NCBI GenBank assembly: GCA_030429725.1
Contig: JAUIEX010000001.1
Coordinates: forward strand, 3,684-67,683
Origin: Alphaproteobacteria bacterium
Lineage (GTDB): Bacteria > Pseudomonadota > Alphaproteobacteria > Rickettsiales > UBA8987
DNA length: 64,000 nt
Reading direction: 5' to 3'
Shown here: positions 20,562-30,497 of the stretch, piece after piece
Numbering within the stretch: the stretch's first letter is position 1
How the letters are laid out: each line of letters opens with the position of its first letter
The notes under the pieces: generated by a model
Databases searched by the model: none
What the model was told of the DNA's origin: nothing
What the model saw: only the letters and a program-made list of their open reading frames with translations
Made by a program: the position numbers and the translations under genes

Positions 20562-21953
20562 ATGAATACATCCCCGGAACAAAAAATTGTCATTGGTAAA
20601 GAGGAATGGTGTACATTGCCGGAGCTTGGCCTCCCGGCTGTGAAAGCACGCGCCGATAGCGGCGCCAAAACCTCCGCTCTGCACGCTTTTAATATTCGCC
20701 CGTTTGAGGAAAATGGTCAATATTACGTCCATTTTGACATCCACCCGGTGCAGGATAACCGCAAAATTATTCAGACTTGCCGAGGGCGAGTGGTTGATCG
20801 GCGGGATATCAAAAGCTCCAGCGGTGAAAAAGAACGCCGTTTCGTGATTCAAACCCCCCTCACGCTGGGTGATGAAACCTGGGATATTGAGGTGACCCTC
20901 ACCAACCGTGATTCTATGGGATACCGTATGTTGATTGGCCGGGAGGCGATGAAGGACCGCGTTCTGATTGACCCGGATGCCTCTTTTTGTCTGGGAAAAC
21001 TGCCGGAGGAGGAGGTTCAAAAACACTATCAGCCAACCTCACCTTCCAAAGAAGGGTTAAATATTCTGGTGCTGGCCAGCAACCCGGATCTTTATTCCAA
21101 CAAGCGTATTATTGAAGCGGGAGAAGAACGCGGCCATCGCATGCGCTTTGTGAATATCAGCCAGTGTTATATTAATATCAGCGCCTCCAATCCGGAGATT
21201 CACTATCGTGGCGGTGAATTGCTGGAAGGGATCGATGCGGTGATTCCACGCATTAAACCGGTGATGACCTTTTATGGCTGTTCGGTGCTGCGGCAGTTTG
21301 AATCCACCGGGGCTTTTTGTTTGAATGATTCTGTCTCCATTTCACGGTCACGGGATAAATTACGCTCGCTGCAAATGCTTTCCGGCAAGCGCATTCCCAT
21401 GCCCACCACCGGCTTTGCCAATTCTCCCATTGATACGAAAGAACTTATCCGCATGGTGGATGGCGCACCTTTGGTGGTTAAATTATTGGAAGGCACACAA
21501 GGGCGCGGCGTGGTGCTGGCGGAAACCAATAAAGCCGCCGAAAGTGTGATTAATGCCTTTAAAAGCCTGAATGCCAATATTCTAGTGCAGGAGTTTATTA
21601 AAGAAGCGCAGGGGCGCGATATTCGCTGCTTTGTCGTGGATGGTAAAGTGATCGGCTCCATTCAACGTCAGGCCGCTGCCGGAGAATTCCGCGCTAATTT
21701 GCATCTTGGCGGCACGGCCAGTGCCGTTAAAATCACGGCGGAAGAACGTAAAATTGCTATCAATGCCGCCAAAGTCATGGGGCTGAAAGTTGCCGGCGTG
21801 GATCTTATCCGCTCCAAAGATGGCCCTAAGGTATTGGAAATCAATTCCTCTCCCGGACTGGAAGGGGTTGAGGATGTAACCGGTAAAAACATCGCCGGAA
21901 TGATGATTGAATGTATTGAAAAAAGCATTCGCTCATCCAAACGCCTTAAATAA
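20562..21953 (+). CDS. rimK: RimK-type ATP-grasp alpha-L-glutamate ligase fused to an N-terminal RimB-like retropepsin/'ATP-dependent zinc protease' (PF05618-like) domain
   Basis: N-terminal [32 protein letters not shown]..., followed by an ATP-grasp RimK body. ATG at 20562 chosen, downstream of the palindrome. Confidence 0.85.
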   Translation: MNTSPEQKIVIGKEEWCTLPELGLPAVKARADSGAKTSALHAFNIRPFEENGQYYVHFDIHPVQDNRKIIQTCRGRVVDRRDIKSSSGEKERRFVIQTPLTLGDETWDIEVTLTNRDSMGYRMLIGREAMKDRVLIDPDASFCLGKLPEEEVQKHYQPTSPSKEGLNILVLASNPDLYSNKRIIEAGEERGHRMRFVNISQCYINISASNPEIHYRGGELLEGIDAVIPRIKPVMTFYGCSVLRQFESTGAFCLNDSVSISRSRDKLRSLQMLSGKRIPMPTTGFANSPIDTKELIRMVDGAPLVVKLLEGTQGRGVVLAETNKAAESVINAFKSLNANILVQEFIKEAQGRDIRCFVVDGKVIGSIQRQAAAGEFRANLHLGGTASAVKITAEERKIAINAAKVMGLKVAGVDLIRSKDGPKVLEINSSPGLEGVEDVTGKNIAGMMIECIEKSIRSSKRLK

Positions 21954-22000
21954 CCATCACGGAATTGCATCCGGCGTTAAAAAAAACTACATTCACCATT

Positions 22001-22336
22001 ATGCATCCGCTCGTCTTTCTTCTCTTCCTTTTATTTCAGTTTATTGACTTTGCGTTAACGCTCTATCTCTGGCTGATTCTGATCTATATCTTGCTGGGGC
22101 TGCTAACGACACTGCAGATTATAAATCCTTACAAAGCGTGGTTTGGCCATGTTTCACCGGCTCGCATTCTGGGGGGGCTTGCCCGCATTGTTGAGCCATT
22201 TTTAGGGCGCATCCGCCGCTATGTAAAACCCATCGGCAGCATTGATCTTTCCCCGATCATTGCCATTATCCTCATCCAATTCACCCAATATGCGCTGGCC
22301 TATTACCTGACACCGCTCTTCATTCAGGCATCCTGA
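22001..22336 (+). CDS. yggT: YggT-family membrane protein
   Basis: ~110 aa with the conserved ...L.RI.EP.L..IRR..P..G.IDLSP... motif (ARIVEPFLGRIRRYVKPIGSIDLSPII). Confidence 0.8.
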   Translation: MHPLVFLLFLLFQFIDFALTLYLWLILIYILLGLLTTLQIINPYKAWFGHVSPARILGGLARIVEPFLGRIRRYVKPIGSIDLSPIIAIILIQFTQYALAYYLTPLFIQAS

Positions 22337-22342
22337 TACCGG

Positions 22343-22366
22343 ATTGTTCAGGCGCCGGCGAACAAT
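22343..22366. terminator. Stem-loop between convergent yggT and the Hpt-like gene
   Basis: ATTGTTC-AGGCGCCGGC-GAACAAT, with A/T runs on both sides. Confidence 0.45.
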
Positions 22367-22397
22367 TCTAAAAAGTCTTTTAAAAAAATAAGAAATA

Positions 22398-22949
22398 TCA
22401 GGTGGTTGCGGCGCGATTCAGGTTATGCAACTTATGTAGATCCTGCACCAGTTGATTCCCAATTTCACCACCACTTCCCTTCATCTTTTGCTTAAAGACC
22501 AGCTGAAGCGCATTACTGTGAAGCTTAAGAATTTCTCTGCCACGCGGCTGATGAATATCTTCATCTGTCAGAAAAACATAGAATGAACGGGAAATTTCCG
22601 TGGCCAATGGATAATCATTCATCCCGGCGGAACCTTTAATATTCAGAATCGCGTCGCATAATTCAACATAATGCTCCGTATTTTTATCCAGCGCCTCAAC
22701 AAATAATTCGAATGATTTTTTAAAACGCTCAAGCTCCGGACGGATAATTTGATCGTAGCTTTCCTTCACCTTTTCGATATTTTTTTGCGCGGAATCAATT
22801 TCTTTCTTAGTAATCACGGAGCTTATTGAAACGCTGCCGATCTTCTCCTTAATCAAATTCTTTCCCTTCACGATAGTCGCGCCGGAAGAATGCGTTTTAG
22901 AATCTTCAACTAAATCAGCATCAATCATCAGTTCTTCTGGAGGTGTCAT
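22398..22949 (-). CDS. Hypothetical helical protein with an Hpt-like signature lacking the phospho-accepting His
   Basis: AILNIKGSAGMNDYPLATEI resembles the Hpt consensus H-x-x-KG-x-A-G, but Asn replaces the His. Start overlaps the upstream receiver gene's stop (TAATG). Confidence 0.5.
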   Translation of the reverse strand: MTPPEELMIDADLVEDSKTHSSGATIVKGKNLIKEKIGSVSISSVITKKEIDSAQKNIEKVKESYDQIIRPELERFKKSFELFVEALDKNTEHYVELCDAILNIKGSAGMNDYPLATEISRSFYVFLTDEDIHQPRGREILKLHSNALQLVFKQKMKGSGGEIGNQLVQDLHKLHNLNRAATT

Positions 22950-23443
22950 TAATTGGCACTCCTACGTTCGGAAACATCAGCCGGTGGGCCAAGCTGCTTA
23001 CGGCGACGGCTTGGGCCAACATACTCCTCTGCCAATACAAACTCACGCGGGTGATCCACAATGGAAACAATTCGCTGGCGCAGCGCCTCCGGCGAAAATG
23101 GCTTCGCCAGAAATTCCGTCACGCCAATATCACGCGCAATTTCCACATGATGCTTCTCGGCCTTGCCGGTCAGCATGATGGTTGGAATCATCCGATTGGG
23201 TGAGGTACGATCCCGCCGCAATTTCTGCACCAGCTCCATGCCGTTCATCGGCTCCATTTCCCAATCGGTAATCAGAATATCAAAGCCACGCGGGCGATTC
23301 ATCATCGTATCCAGCGCATCCACACCGTTCGAAGCTGTTGAAATATGCTTGAACCCAAAGCCGGTCAACACACTTTGAACTAAAGTGACCATCACCTTGT
23401 CATTATCAACAACAAGTATATGTAAACTGCCCAGCGACGCCAT
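22949..23443 (-). CDS. Single-domain CheY-like response regulator with an Arg-rich C-terminal extension
   Basis: Receiver residues are present: VVDND, ITDWEM (phospho-Asp), MLTG, AKPF. The tail reads EEYVGPSRRRKQLGPP. Confidence 0.88.
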   Translation of the reverse strand: MASLGSLHILVVDNDKVMVTLVQSVLTGFGFKHISTASNGVDALDTMMNRPRGFDILITDWEMEPMNGMELVQKLRRDRTSPNRMIPTIMLTGKAEKHHVEIARDIGVTEFLAKPFSPEALRQRIVSIVDHPREFVLAEEYVGPSRRRKQLGPPADVSERRSAN

Positions 23444-23534
23444 AATACCCCATCATACAACCATATTTTTCCTATGAGAGAAAAACATGCTTAAATTGTA
23501 TTTCTATTTATATTTCAAATAATATTATCTGAAC

Positions 23535-24098
23535 CTATGCAGGCTTTTTACCAATAGATAAATGTTTTTCAAGACTTTTCTTCACATTTTCATCCTGCCA
23601 GTCCAGTGGGCCGGTAACACCTCCCACAACCAGTCCGTGTTCATTGATAAAAAAGGTTTGCGGCAGAGCAGAAACGGAAAATTGCCGTCCCATACGCCCT
23701 TTGATATCCGCATATGCCTTCAGATGATTAATGTTAAAACGTTCAAAAAAGGGCTCAACAGCCTGAAGTCCACGAAAATCCTGCGAAACCGCAATTACAT
23801 GCACCGCCTCGCCATAAAATTCCGCAAACTGGTCTAATTCCTTCATTTCCGGCACGCATGGGCCACACCAGGTTGCCCAAAAATGCAGAATAACCGGCTT
23901 ACCCACCATTTCTGCAAGCGAAATAATCGCATCATCGCCGCGCTTAAATTGCGTATCCAGCCGGATTGGCATCGGCAATTCATAAAAACCATTCTCCGCC
24001 CGCGCAGCGCCGCCTGCCGCAACAAACCATAGTGACACAGTAACCACCAGTAGCACCAAATGACGCAAGATAGATTGCATTGCAGGTAAATCCTTCAT
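23535..24098 (-). CDS. Periplasmic thiol:disulfide oxidoreductase (TlpA/ResA-like thioredoxin)
   Basis: Signal/anchor sequence plus the WATWCGPC active site. Confidence 0.85.
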   Translation of the reverse strand: MKDLPAMQSILRHLVLLVVTVSLWFVAAGGAARAENGFYELPMPIRLDTQFKRGDDAIISLAEMVGKPVILHFWATWCGPCVPEMKELDQFAEFYGEAVHVIAVSQDFRGLQAVEPFFERFNINHLKAYADIKGRMGRQFSVSALPQTFFINEHGLVVGGVTGPLDWQDENVKKSLEKHLSIGKKPA

Positions 24099-24179
24099 GG
24101 TTTTTTAATCAGGCTAGCTTATGCTAAAGCTATGAGCAAACAAGAATTCTTTCACTATTTCTTTAAAATAACCCATCGA

Positions 24180-24314
24180 ATGGCTGTTTTTATCGGCATC
24201 TTGATAATTTTTTCCGGCATGACCGCCTGCGGCGTGCGGGGGGATCTTGAAGCACCGGCGCACTTAAAAGCCAAAGCTTTGGAACCGAAATTTCGGATTG
24301 CGCGGAATTTCTGA
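24180..24314 (+). CDS. Small lipoprotein (YifL/LptM-like motif)
   Basis: Lipobox FSGMTAC followed by GVRGDLEAP. 44 aa from the ATG at 24180. Confidence 0.45.
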   Translation: MAVFIGILIIFSGMTACGVRGDLEAPAHLKAKALEPKFRIARNF

Positions 24315-24345
24315 CGCACATACTACATCCATCCTCAGGCTTCTA

Positions 24346-24840
24346 TTAGCAATAGTTGATGCTTAGAACCTCATAAGATTTTTTGCCACCCGGAGTAACC
24401 ACCTCCACCAAATCTCCTTCCATTTTTCCGATCAGCGCACGCGCAATCGGTGATTTGAGGGAAAGCAAACCTTTTTCCAGATCCGCCTCATATTCACGCA
24501 CAATCTGATAGGTTTTTTCCTCTTCGGTATCATTGTCATACAGCCCCAGCGTTGCGCCAAATTTTATGCGGTCACCGGAAAGTTCCGCCGGGTTGATCAC
24601 TTCCGCACGCGATGTTACCGCCTCCAGCTCCTGAATCCGCCCCTCAATAAAGCTCTGCTTATCACGCGCCGCATGATATTCGGCATTTTCCTTCAGGTCG
24701 CCATGCTCTCTTGCCTCGGCAATCTGCTCAATCACAGCCGGGCGCTCCTCTTTCTTTAAATGGTCAAGCTCCGCCTTTAAACGGTCATAGCCCTGCTGCG
24801 TTGTTGGAAATTTTTCCACAATCTTTTCCTTTTTCGACAA
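24346..24840 (-). CDS. greA: Transcription elongation factor GreA
   Basis: GDLKENAEYHAARDKQ acidic finger tip and a C-terminal FKBP-like domain. Confidence 0.93.
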   Translation of the reverse strand: MSKKEKIVEKFPTTQQGYDRLKAELDHLKKEERPAVIEQIAEAREHGDLKENAEYHAARDKQSFIEGRIQELEAVTSRAEVINPAELSGDRIKFGATLGLYDNDTEEEKTYQIVREYEADLEKGLLSLKSPIARALIGKMEGDLVEVVTPGGKKSYEVLSINYC

Positions 24841-24924
24841 TCTTTTTTGTTAACTCTTGGTAGAGCTGTAGCAAATCACCCAGATTTCTGCAACAAAACT
24901 GGCACGCATATGTACCAGTTTTGT

Positions 24925-26382
24925 TTATTTTTCATCCAATGGCAATGCCTGAAACAATGTCTCGCCATTGCGTAGTATAAGCAACAGAACCGAACCACGG
25001 CCTTTTTCTTCAGCCACTTTCAGCGCGTCCTCAACCACGGCAACATCTTTGGCGGGTTGCTGGTTGATTTCCACCACCACATCGCCGGGGCGTATGCCAC
25101 GCAGCGCTGCTTCCGATTCACGGTTCACCGCCACCACCACCAGACCTTTAGCATCCTCCGGCAGATTAAATTGCTGCTTTAAAATATCATTCACAGGTTT
25201 CAGCACCAGACCAAGCAAGGCATCTTTATCCACCGGCATGCTGGCAACAACTTCTTCTGCGGATTCATCCAACTTCGCAATGGTCACGCTCAATTCCTTC
25301 TTGTCGCCACCACGCAGCACGATGATTTGCGCATCATGCCCCACTTCCGTGCCGGCCACCATACGCGGCAAATCACGCATTTCCATAATATCCTGGCCGT
25401 TATAGGAAAGAATCACATCACCCTGACGGACGCCGGCACGGGCAGCCGGGCTATCTTTCACAACATCCGCCACCAGCGCCCCATGGCCGGATTCCATGCC
25501 AAGACTATCGGCAATTTCCTTCGTTACATGCTGAATTTTAACGCCAAGCCAGCCGCGTTCAATCGTTTGGCCTTCTTTTAGTTGGGCAATGATCGGCCGC
25601 GCCATGCCGGAGGGCACGGCAAAGCCAATCCCAACATTTCCGCCACTGGGGGAATAGATCGCGGTGTTAATACCAATCACTTCACCGTTTAAATTAAACA
25701 TCGGGCCGCCGGAATTTCCGCGGTTAATCGCCGCATCGGTTTGAATAAAATCATCAAACGGGCCGGCATGAATATCCCGCGCTTTGGCAGAAATAATTCC
25801 GGTGGTCACCGTTCCGCCTAAGCCAAACGGGTTGCCGATCACCACCACCCAATCCCCCACGCGGGAGGCATCGGAATCTCCAAAGCTCACATAAGGCAGC
25901 GGCGTATCGGCTTCAATTTTCAGCACGGCCAGATCCGTCTTCGGGTCAACACCCTTGATCTCCGCAGCAAATTCCCGCTCATCATCAAAAGTAACCGTTA
26001 CGGCATCCGCGCCGTCAATCACATGAAAATTCGTCACCACAAAACCGGAGGGATCAATCACAAAGCCGGAACCAAGGGAGCGCGCCTCCCGCTTCATCCC
26101 CTGCCCCATGCCCATGCCGCCGAAATGCTCAAAAAATTCGTTGAAATTTTCAAACGGATGGCCTGGAGGGAACATTTTCTGGCCGCTCTTTGGAACTTCA
26201 CCGCCTATTTTTTTGGTGGTGGAGATATTCACCACCGCCGGCGTCAGCTTCTCCACCTCATCGGCCAGATTCATCGGCACAAGTGAGGGAGAAGCCATGG
26301 CTGAACCCATCATCCAGACCGCCAAAAACCCCGTAAAAATCACTGCAAAAACCTTTTTAAATGATAATTTGATCTGCATCAT
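24925..26382 (-). CDS. htrA: Periplasmic serine endoprotease, DegP/HtrA family, two PDZ domains
   Basis: Signal peptide, catalytic TNFHVI...D...GNSGGPMF, then two PDZ repeats. Start at the ATGATG at 26382. Confidence 0.9.
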   Translation of the reverse strand: MMQIKLSFKKVFAVIFTGFLAVWMMGSAMASPSLVPMNLADEVEKLTPAVVNISTTKKIGGEVPKSGQKMFPPGHPFENFNEFFEHFGGMGMGQGMKREARSLGSGFVIDPSGFVVTNFHVIDGADAVTVTFDDEREFAAEIKGVDPKTDLAVLKIEADTPLPYVSFGDSDASRVGDWVVVIGNPFGLGGTVTTGIISAKARDIHAGPFDDFIQTDAAINRGNSGGPMFNLNGEVIGINTAIYSPSGGNVGIGFAVPSGMARPIIAQLKEGQTIERGWLGVKIQHVTKEIADSLGMESGHGALVADVVKDSPAARAGVRQGDVILSYNGQDIMEMRDLPRMVAGTEVGHDAQIIVLRGGDKKELSVTIAKLDESAEEVVASMPVDKDALLGLVLKPVNDILKQQFNLPEDAKGLVVVAVNRESEAALRGIRPGDVVVEINQQPAKDVAVVEDALKVAEEKGRGSVLLLILRNGETLFQALPLDEK

Positions 26383-26413
26383 CACACCCTCCAATAACCG
26401 ATTTGTTTTATTG

Positions 26414-27271
26414 TTACTGACCACGCATATTTTCAAAATATTTCATAAAATCACTGTCCGGCGAAAGTACCATCCGCGTATCTTCACGCGCCATGGATTT
26501 ACGGTAAGCCTGCATGGAGCGATAAAAACTGAAAAAGGATGGATCGCGGGAGAAGGCTTCGGCAAAAATACGGCTTGCCGTTGCATCACCCTTACCCCGT
26601 AAAATCTGCGAATCGCGCTCCGCTTCCGCCAGAATGATCGTCCGTTCCTTGTCGGCCGTGGCCGTAATTAGCTGTGCTTTTTCAGCACCTTCTGCACGGA
26701 ACTGCTTGGCCTCTTCTTCCCGTTCCGTTTTCATACGCTCAAAAATACGGTTGGAGTTTTCCTCCGGGAAATCCGCCCGCATGATGCGCACATCCACCAC
26801 CTTCAGGCCGATATTCTTTGCCTTTTCGCGTACATTCTGACTGATCGTTTCCATCACGATGGCGCGCTCTTCCGTCAGCAATGTGCCGATGGAGGTGGAG
26901 CCCATCACCTCACGCAGTGACGCGTCAAGGAACGTATTCAAGCGCTGATTACCGCGCACTTCACTTTGAACGGATTGGTAATAAAGCAGCGGATCCTCAA
27001 TCTGATATTTCACAAAAGCATCAATAATCAGCGGCTTCTGGTCTTTATCAATGACCTCGTTCGGCTTGGCGTCCAAATCCAGCACGCGGGAATCATAAAT
27101 CAGCACATTCTGGATATAAGGCATCTTAAAATGCAGGCCGGGTTCTTTGACCACGCGCTGCGCCTCCCCAAATTGCAGCACCAATGCCTGCCGGCGCTGT
27201 TCAACAATAAAGATACTGCTTAAGGCGGAAATCACCGCCACCACTGCTGCAATAATTAACAATATTCGCAT
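26414..27271 (-). CDS. hflC: HflC, FtsH protease modulator (SPFH domain)
   Basis: N-terminal TM helix plus SPFH/band-7 domain, directly downstream of hflK. Confidence 0.9.
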   Translation of the reverse strand: MRILLIIAAVVAVISALSSIFIVEQRRQALVLQFGEAQRVVKEPGLHFKMPYIQNVLIYDSRVLDLDAKPNEVIDKDQKPLIIDAFVKYQIEDPLLYYQSVQSEVRGNQRLNTFLDASLREVMGSTSIGTLLTEERAIVMETISQNVREKAKNIGLKVVDVRIMRADFPEENSNRIFERMKTEREEEAKQFRAEGAEKAQLITATADKERTIILAEAERDSQILRGKGDATASRIFAEAFSRDPSFFSFYRSMQAYRKSMAREDTRMVLSPDSDFMKYFENMRGQ

Positions 27272-27284
27272 AATTTACACCTGT

Positions 27285-28439
27285 CTATTGGCCGCTATCG
27301 GCACGTTTATTCAGTTCATTCAATGGCAGATATGGCACCACACCACTGCCTGTGCCACGCTCCTGATCAATCAGAATCTTATCCATTCCCTGAAGGATTT
27401 CCTCCATGGTTTCCAGATAGATCCGCTGGCGGGTCACATCTTTTGCCTGGCGATATTCATCATAAACGGAGATGAAACGATCCGCCTCACCCTTGGCCTT
27501 GGCCGTCACCTGCTGGGCATAGGCTTCCGCATCCTGCAGCATCTGCGAAGCATTACCACGCGCACGCGGCAGAATATCATTGCGGTAGGCCTGCGCTTTA
27601 TTCACCGCGCTTTCCGCCTCGGTTTTGGCATTCTGCACATCAGTAAAAGCCGGGCGCACCGGAGATGGATATTTAATCTTTCCAAGCTCCAGCGCCTCAA
27701 TCTGCACACCGGTGCCATAACCGTCCAGCGTTGTCTGAAGCAGCTCACGCGCTTCCTGCTGAATCTGGAATTTACCGTCCGCAATGGCACGCGTAATCGG
27801 CGTGCGGCCGATCACTTCACGCATGGCACTTTCCGCCACGCTTTTTACCGTCTCTTCCGGGTTGCGCACATTAAACAGAAACGCCCGCGCATCACGAATC
27901 ACCCATTGCACCTCAAACGGCACATCCACAATATTTTCATCACCCGTCAGCATCTGACTTTCTTCCGGCACCTCGCGCACCACTGTACCACCGCGACCGG
28001 TTTGCGTGCGCTGGCCGATTTCAATACGGTTCACCACCGTCACCGGCACTTTTGCCAGGCTTTCAATGGGAGAAGGCAAGCGGTAATGAATCCCCGCTCC
28101 CGTCGTGCGATGAAATTCACCAAAGCGCATCACCACACCCTGTTCGCGTTCATCAATCACAAAAATTCCGGTGGAGAGCCATAATATCAGCACCAGAAAA
28201 ACCAGCCCGGCAATCGCGCGACCGCTCAGCCCATCATTGCCATTATCACCACCGCCGGCGCCGCCGCCAAACATGCCGTTAAGCTTCTCACGGCTTTTCC
28301 GCAGCATGGCATCCAAATCCGGCTGAGGCTGCTGTCCCCCTGCTTTTTTCTGATCAGAGGCGGGTTTTTTCTTTCCCGGATTTCCGCTTCCCCACGGATT
28401 CTGTTTGTCATCCCACGGCATAAATGCTCCTTTGCTCAT
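27285..28439 (-). CDS. hflK: HflK, FtsH protease modulator (SPFH domain)
   Basis: Gly/Pro/Gln-rich N-terminus (PWGSGNPGKKKP...), TM helix, SPFH domain. The hflK-hflC-htrA order is conserved. Confidence 0.9.
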   Translation of the reverse strand: MSKGAFMPWDDKQNPWGSGNPGKKKPASDQKKAGGQQPQPDLDAMLRKSREKLNGMFGGGAGGGDNGNDGLSGRAIAGLVFLVLILWLSTGIFVIDEREQGVVMRFGEFHRTTGAGIHYRLPSPIESLAKVPVTVVNRIEIGQRTQTGRGGTVVREVPEESQMLTGDENIVDVPFEVQWVIRDARAFLFNVRNPEETVKSVAESAMREVIGRTPITRAIADGKFQIQQEARELLQTTLDGYGTGVQIEALELGKIKYPSPVRPAFTDVQNAKTEAESAVNKAQAYRNDILPRARGNASQMLQDAEAYAQQVTAKAKGEADRFISVYDEYRQAKDVTRQRIYLETMEEILQGMDKILIDQERGTGSGVVPYLPLNELNKRADSGQ

Positions 28440-28482
28440 TGCAATATAGATAGCAAATGCCTATTTGCAAGGTGAGTTGACC

Positions 28483-29559
28483 ATGAAATTATTTAAAAAA
28501 CCTCTCTCGCAGCAGATCGTCGAACAGGCATTGGCGCCCGTGGTTTCCACGTCACGCATCCATGGTATTTCCATCACAAAAAATCAGGTCAGCCTGATAT
28601 TGGAGGCGGACACCGCCCTTTCGCAGGAAGAAAATGAAACACAACGCCGCCAGTGCATCAATCACTTGCTCAACCTCGGACAAATAAAAGAGGCAAAAAT
28701 TGCACTCACGGCTGCCAAAGGAAGCCTGCCGCAGGATAAACAAACTCCACCCGCCGGCAAAACCGCGCCCAAACCACCCACCCCCCGGCATGTGCCACAT
28801 ATCAGGCATGTGATTGCTGTGGGCAGCGGCAAAGGTGGCGTCGGCAAATCCACCGTCAGCGTCAATCTGGCAACGGCGCTGGCACGCAGCGGGCTTTCCG
28901 TCGGGCTGGCGGATGGCGATATTCTGGGGCCATCACTGGCACGCATGATGGGCATCACGCAGGAGCCGGAAGTTGAAAATCAGCAAATGATTCCGCCATC
29001 ACATCACGGGGTAAAATGCCTTTCCATGGGCGCTATTCTGGGTGAAAATGTGCCGGTTGTCTGGCGTGGACCCATGGTTACCAAAGCATTGCAGCAGCTT
29101 GTTTTCGGTGCGAAGTGGGGCAGCGAAACACAGCCGCTGGATGTGCTGGTGCTGGATTTACCCCCCGGCACGGGTGATATTCAACTGACCATGGTGCAGA
29201 ATATCACGTTATCGGGCGTGGTGCTGGTTTCCACCCCGCAGCAAGTGGCGCTGATGGATGTTAAAAAAGCCCATACCATGTTTAATAAAGTTGAGGTTCC
29301 CGTCCTTGGTATTGTGGAGAACATGGCCGGTATTCAGCAAGCGGATGGCAGTCTCCAGCCTGTTTTTGGCGCAAGCGGAAAAGAGGGAAATATCGCGCAT
29401 TATGCCGCAGAAACTCATATTCCTTTCCTGGGGTCACTGCCGCTGGATGGCGCACTCAGCACAGCCGGCGATGCTGGCAGCCCGCTCAAAGAAGGTCAGC
29501 TTACTGACATATTCGATGATATTGCCTTAGAGATCAGGCAAAAACTTGCACTGAACTAA
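28483..29559 (+). CDS. apbC: Mrp/ApbC-type Fe-S cluster carrier ATPase
   Basis: N-terminal DUF59-like region and deviant Walker A VGSGKGGVGKST. ATG at 28483. Confidence 0.88.
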   Translation: MKLFKKPLSQQIVEQALAPVVSTSRIHGISITKNQVSLILEADTALSQEENETQRRQCINHLLNLGQIKEAKIALTAAKGSLPQDKQTPPAGKTAPKPPTPRHVPHIRHVIAVGSGKGGVGKSTVSVNLATALARSGLSVGLADGDILGPSLARMMGITQEPEVENQQMIPPSHHGVKCLSMGAILGENVPVVWRGPMVTKALQQLVFGAKWGSETQPLDVLVLDLPPGTGDIQLTMVQNITLSGVVLVSTPQQVALMDVKKAHTMFNKVEVPVLGIVENMAGIQQADGSLQPVFGASGKEGNIAHYAAETHIPFLGSLPLDGALSTAGDAGSPLKEGQLTDIFDDIALEIRQKLALN

Positions 29560-29598
29560 TTAAATTTCTTACTTAAAGCAGTCCGCTGGGAAGCTGTC

Positions 29599-30495
29599 TT
29601 AAACCGCCTCTGCACCGGCCACAATTTCTGTCAGCTCGGTCGTAATTGCCGCCTGACGTGAACGGTTATATTGCAATGTCAGCTTCTGAATCATTTCCCC
29701 GGCATTGCGCGTGGCATTATCCATCGCCGTCATCCGCGCACCTTGTTCGGAAGCGGCATTTTCCAGCATTGCCTTGTAAATCTGCACCGCAACATTGCGC
29801 GGCAGCAAATCTTTGAGAATTTCCGCTTCGCCCGGTTCATATTCATACACCGCATCCAATCCGGAAGCCTGCGGCTGATCATCCTTGGCCGCATCCGCAT
29901 CCACTTCCAGCGGCACTAAAGACTGCACCTGCACTTCCTGCGTCAGCGCATTAACAAATTTATTATAAATGATGGAACAACCGTCAATTTTTTCGCCTTC
30001 AAACGCCGCAAGCACACGATCCGCCACTTCCTGCGCATGCTCATAGCTTGGCTGCTTTCCATCATACGCCACCAGACGCTCCGTCACGTAAGATGAAAAA
30101 TCCGCCTTCAGAAGATCATAGCCTTTTTTGCCCACCAGCAATATCTGCACCGCCTCGCCTTTCTTTTCCCGCTCAAGAATCTGCACCCGCGCCGCCTTGG
30201 CAATGGAGCCGTTGAAGCCACCGCACAACCCACGATCCGCCGTTGCCACAATCAGCAAATGGTTGGGCTTGGCCGATTCCCGCCCCACCAGAAGCTTCGG
30301 GGCATTATCGGCATTCACCTTGCCGGCAAGTGTGGCCAGCATCCGCGCCATCTTCTCGGCATAAGGCCGGCCGGCCTCGGCACGCTCCTGCGCGCGCTTC
30401 AGCTTGCTGGCCGCCACCATCTTCATCGCCTTGGTAATCTTCTGCGTGGATTTAACGCTACCAATCCGAATTTTCAGTTCTTTCAGACTTGCCAT
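29599..30495 (-). CDS. atpG: F1 ATP synthase gamma subunit
   Basis: MASLKELKIRIGSVKSTQKITKAMKMVAASKLKRAQ... and a conserved C-terminal helix. Confidence 0.93.
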   Translation of the reverse strand: MASLKELKIRIGSVKSTQKITKAMKMVAASKLKRAQERAEAGRPYAEKMARMLATLAGKVNADNAPKLLVGRESAKPNHLLIVATADRGLCGGFNGSIAKAARVQILEREKKGEAVQILLVGKKGYDLLKADFSSYVTERLVAYDGKQPSYEHAQEVADRVLAAFEGEKIDGCSIIYNKFVNALTQEVQVQSLVPLEVDADAAKDDQPQASGLDAVYEYEPGEAEILKDLLPRNVAVQIYKAMLENAASEQGARMTAMDNATRNAGEMIQKLTLQYNRSRQAAITTELTEIVAGAEAV

Positions 30496-30497
30496 TT

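Noticed and set aside
27147-28184. 345-aa ORF on the plus strand, antisense to hflK
   Set aside because: It lies entirely opposite a well-supported SPFH gene. Its composition (Arg/His/Leu/Thr-rich, e.g. RHLHNIFITRQHLTFFRHLAHH) is typical of an antisense frame in G+C-rich coding DNA. It has no motif and no ribosome-binding site.
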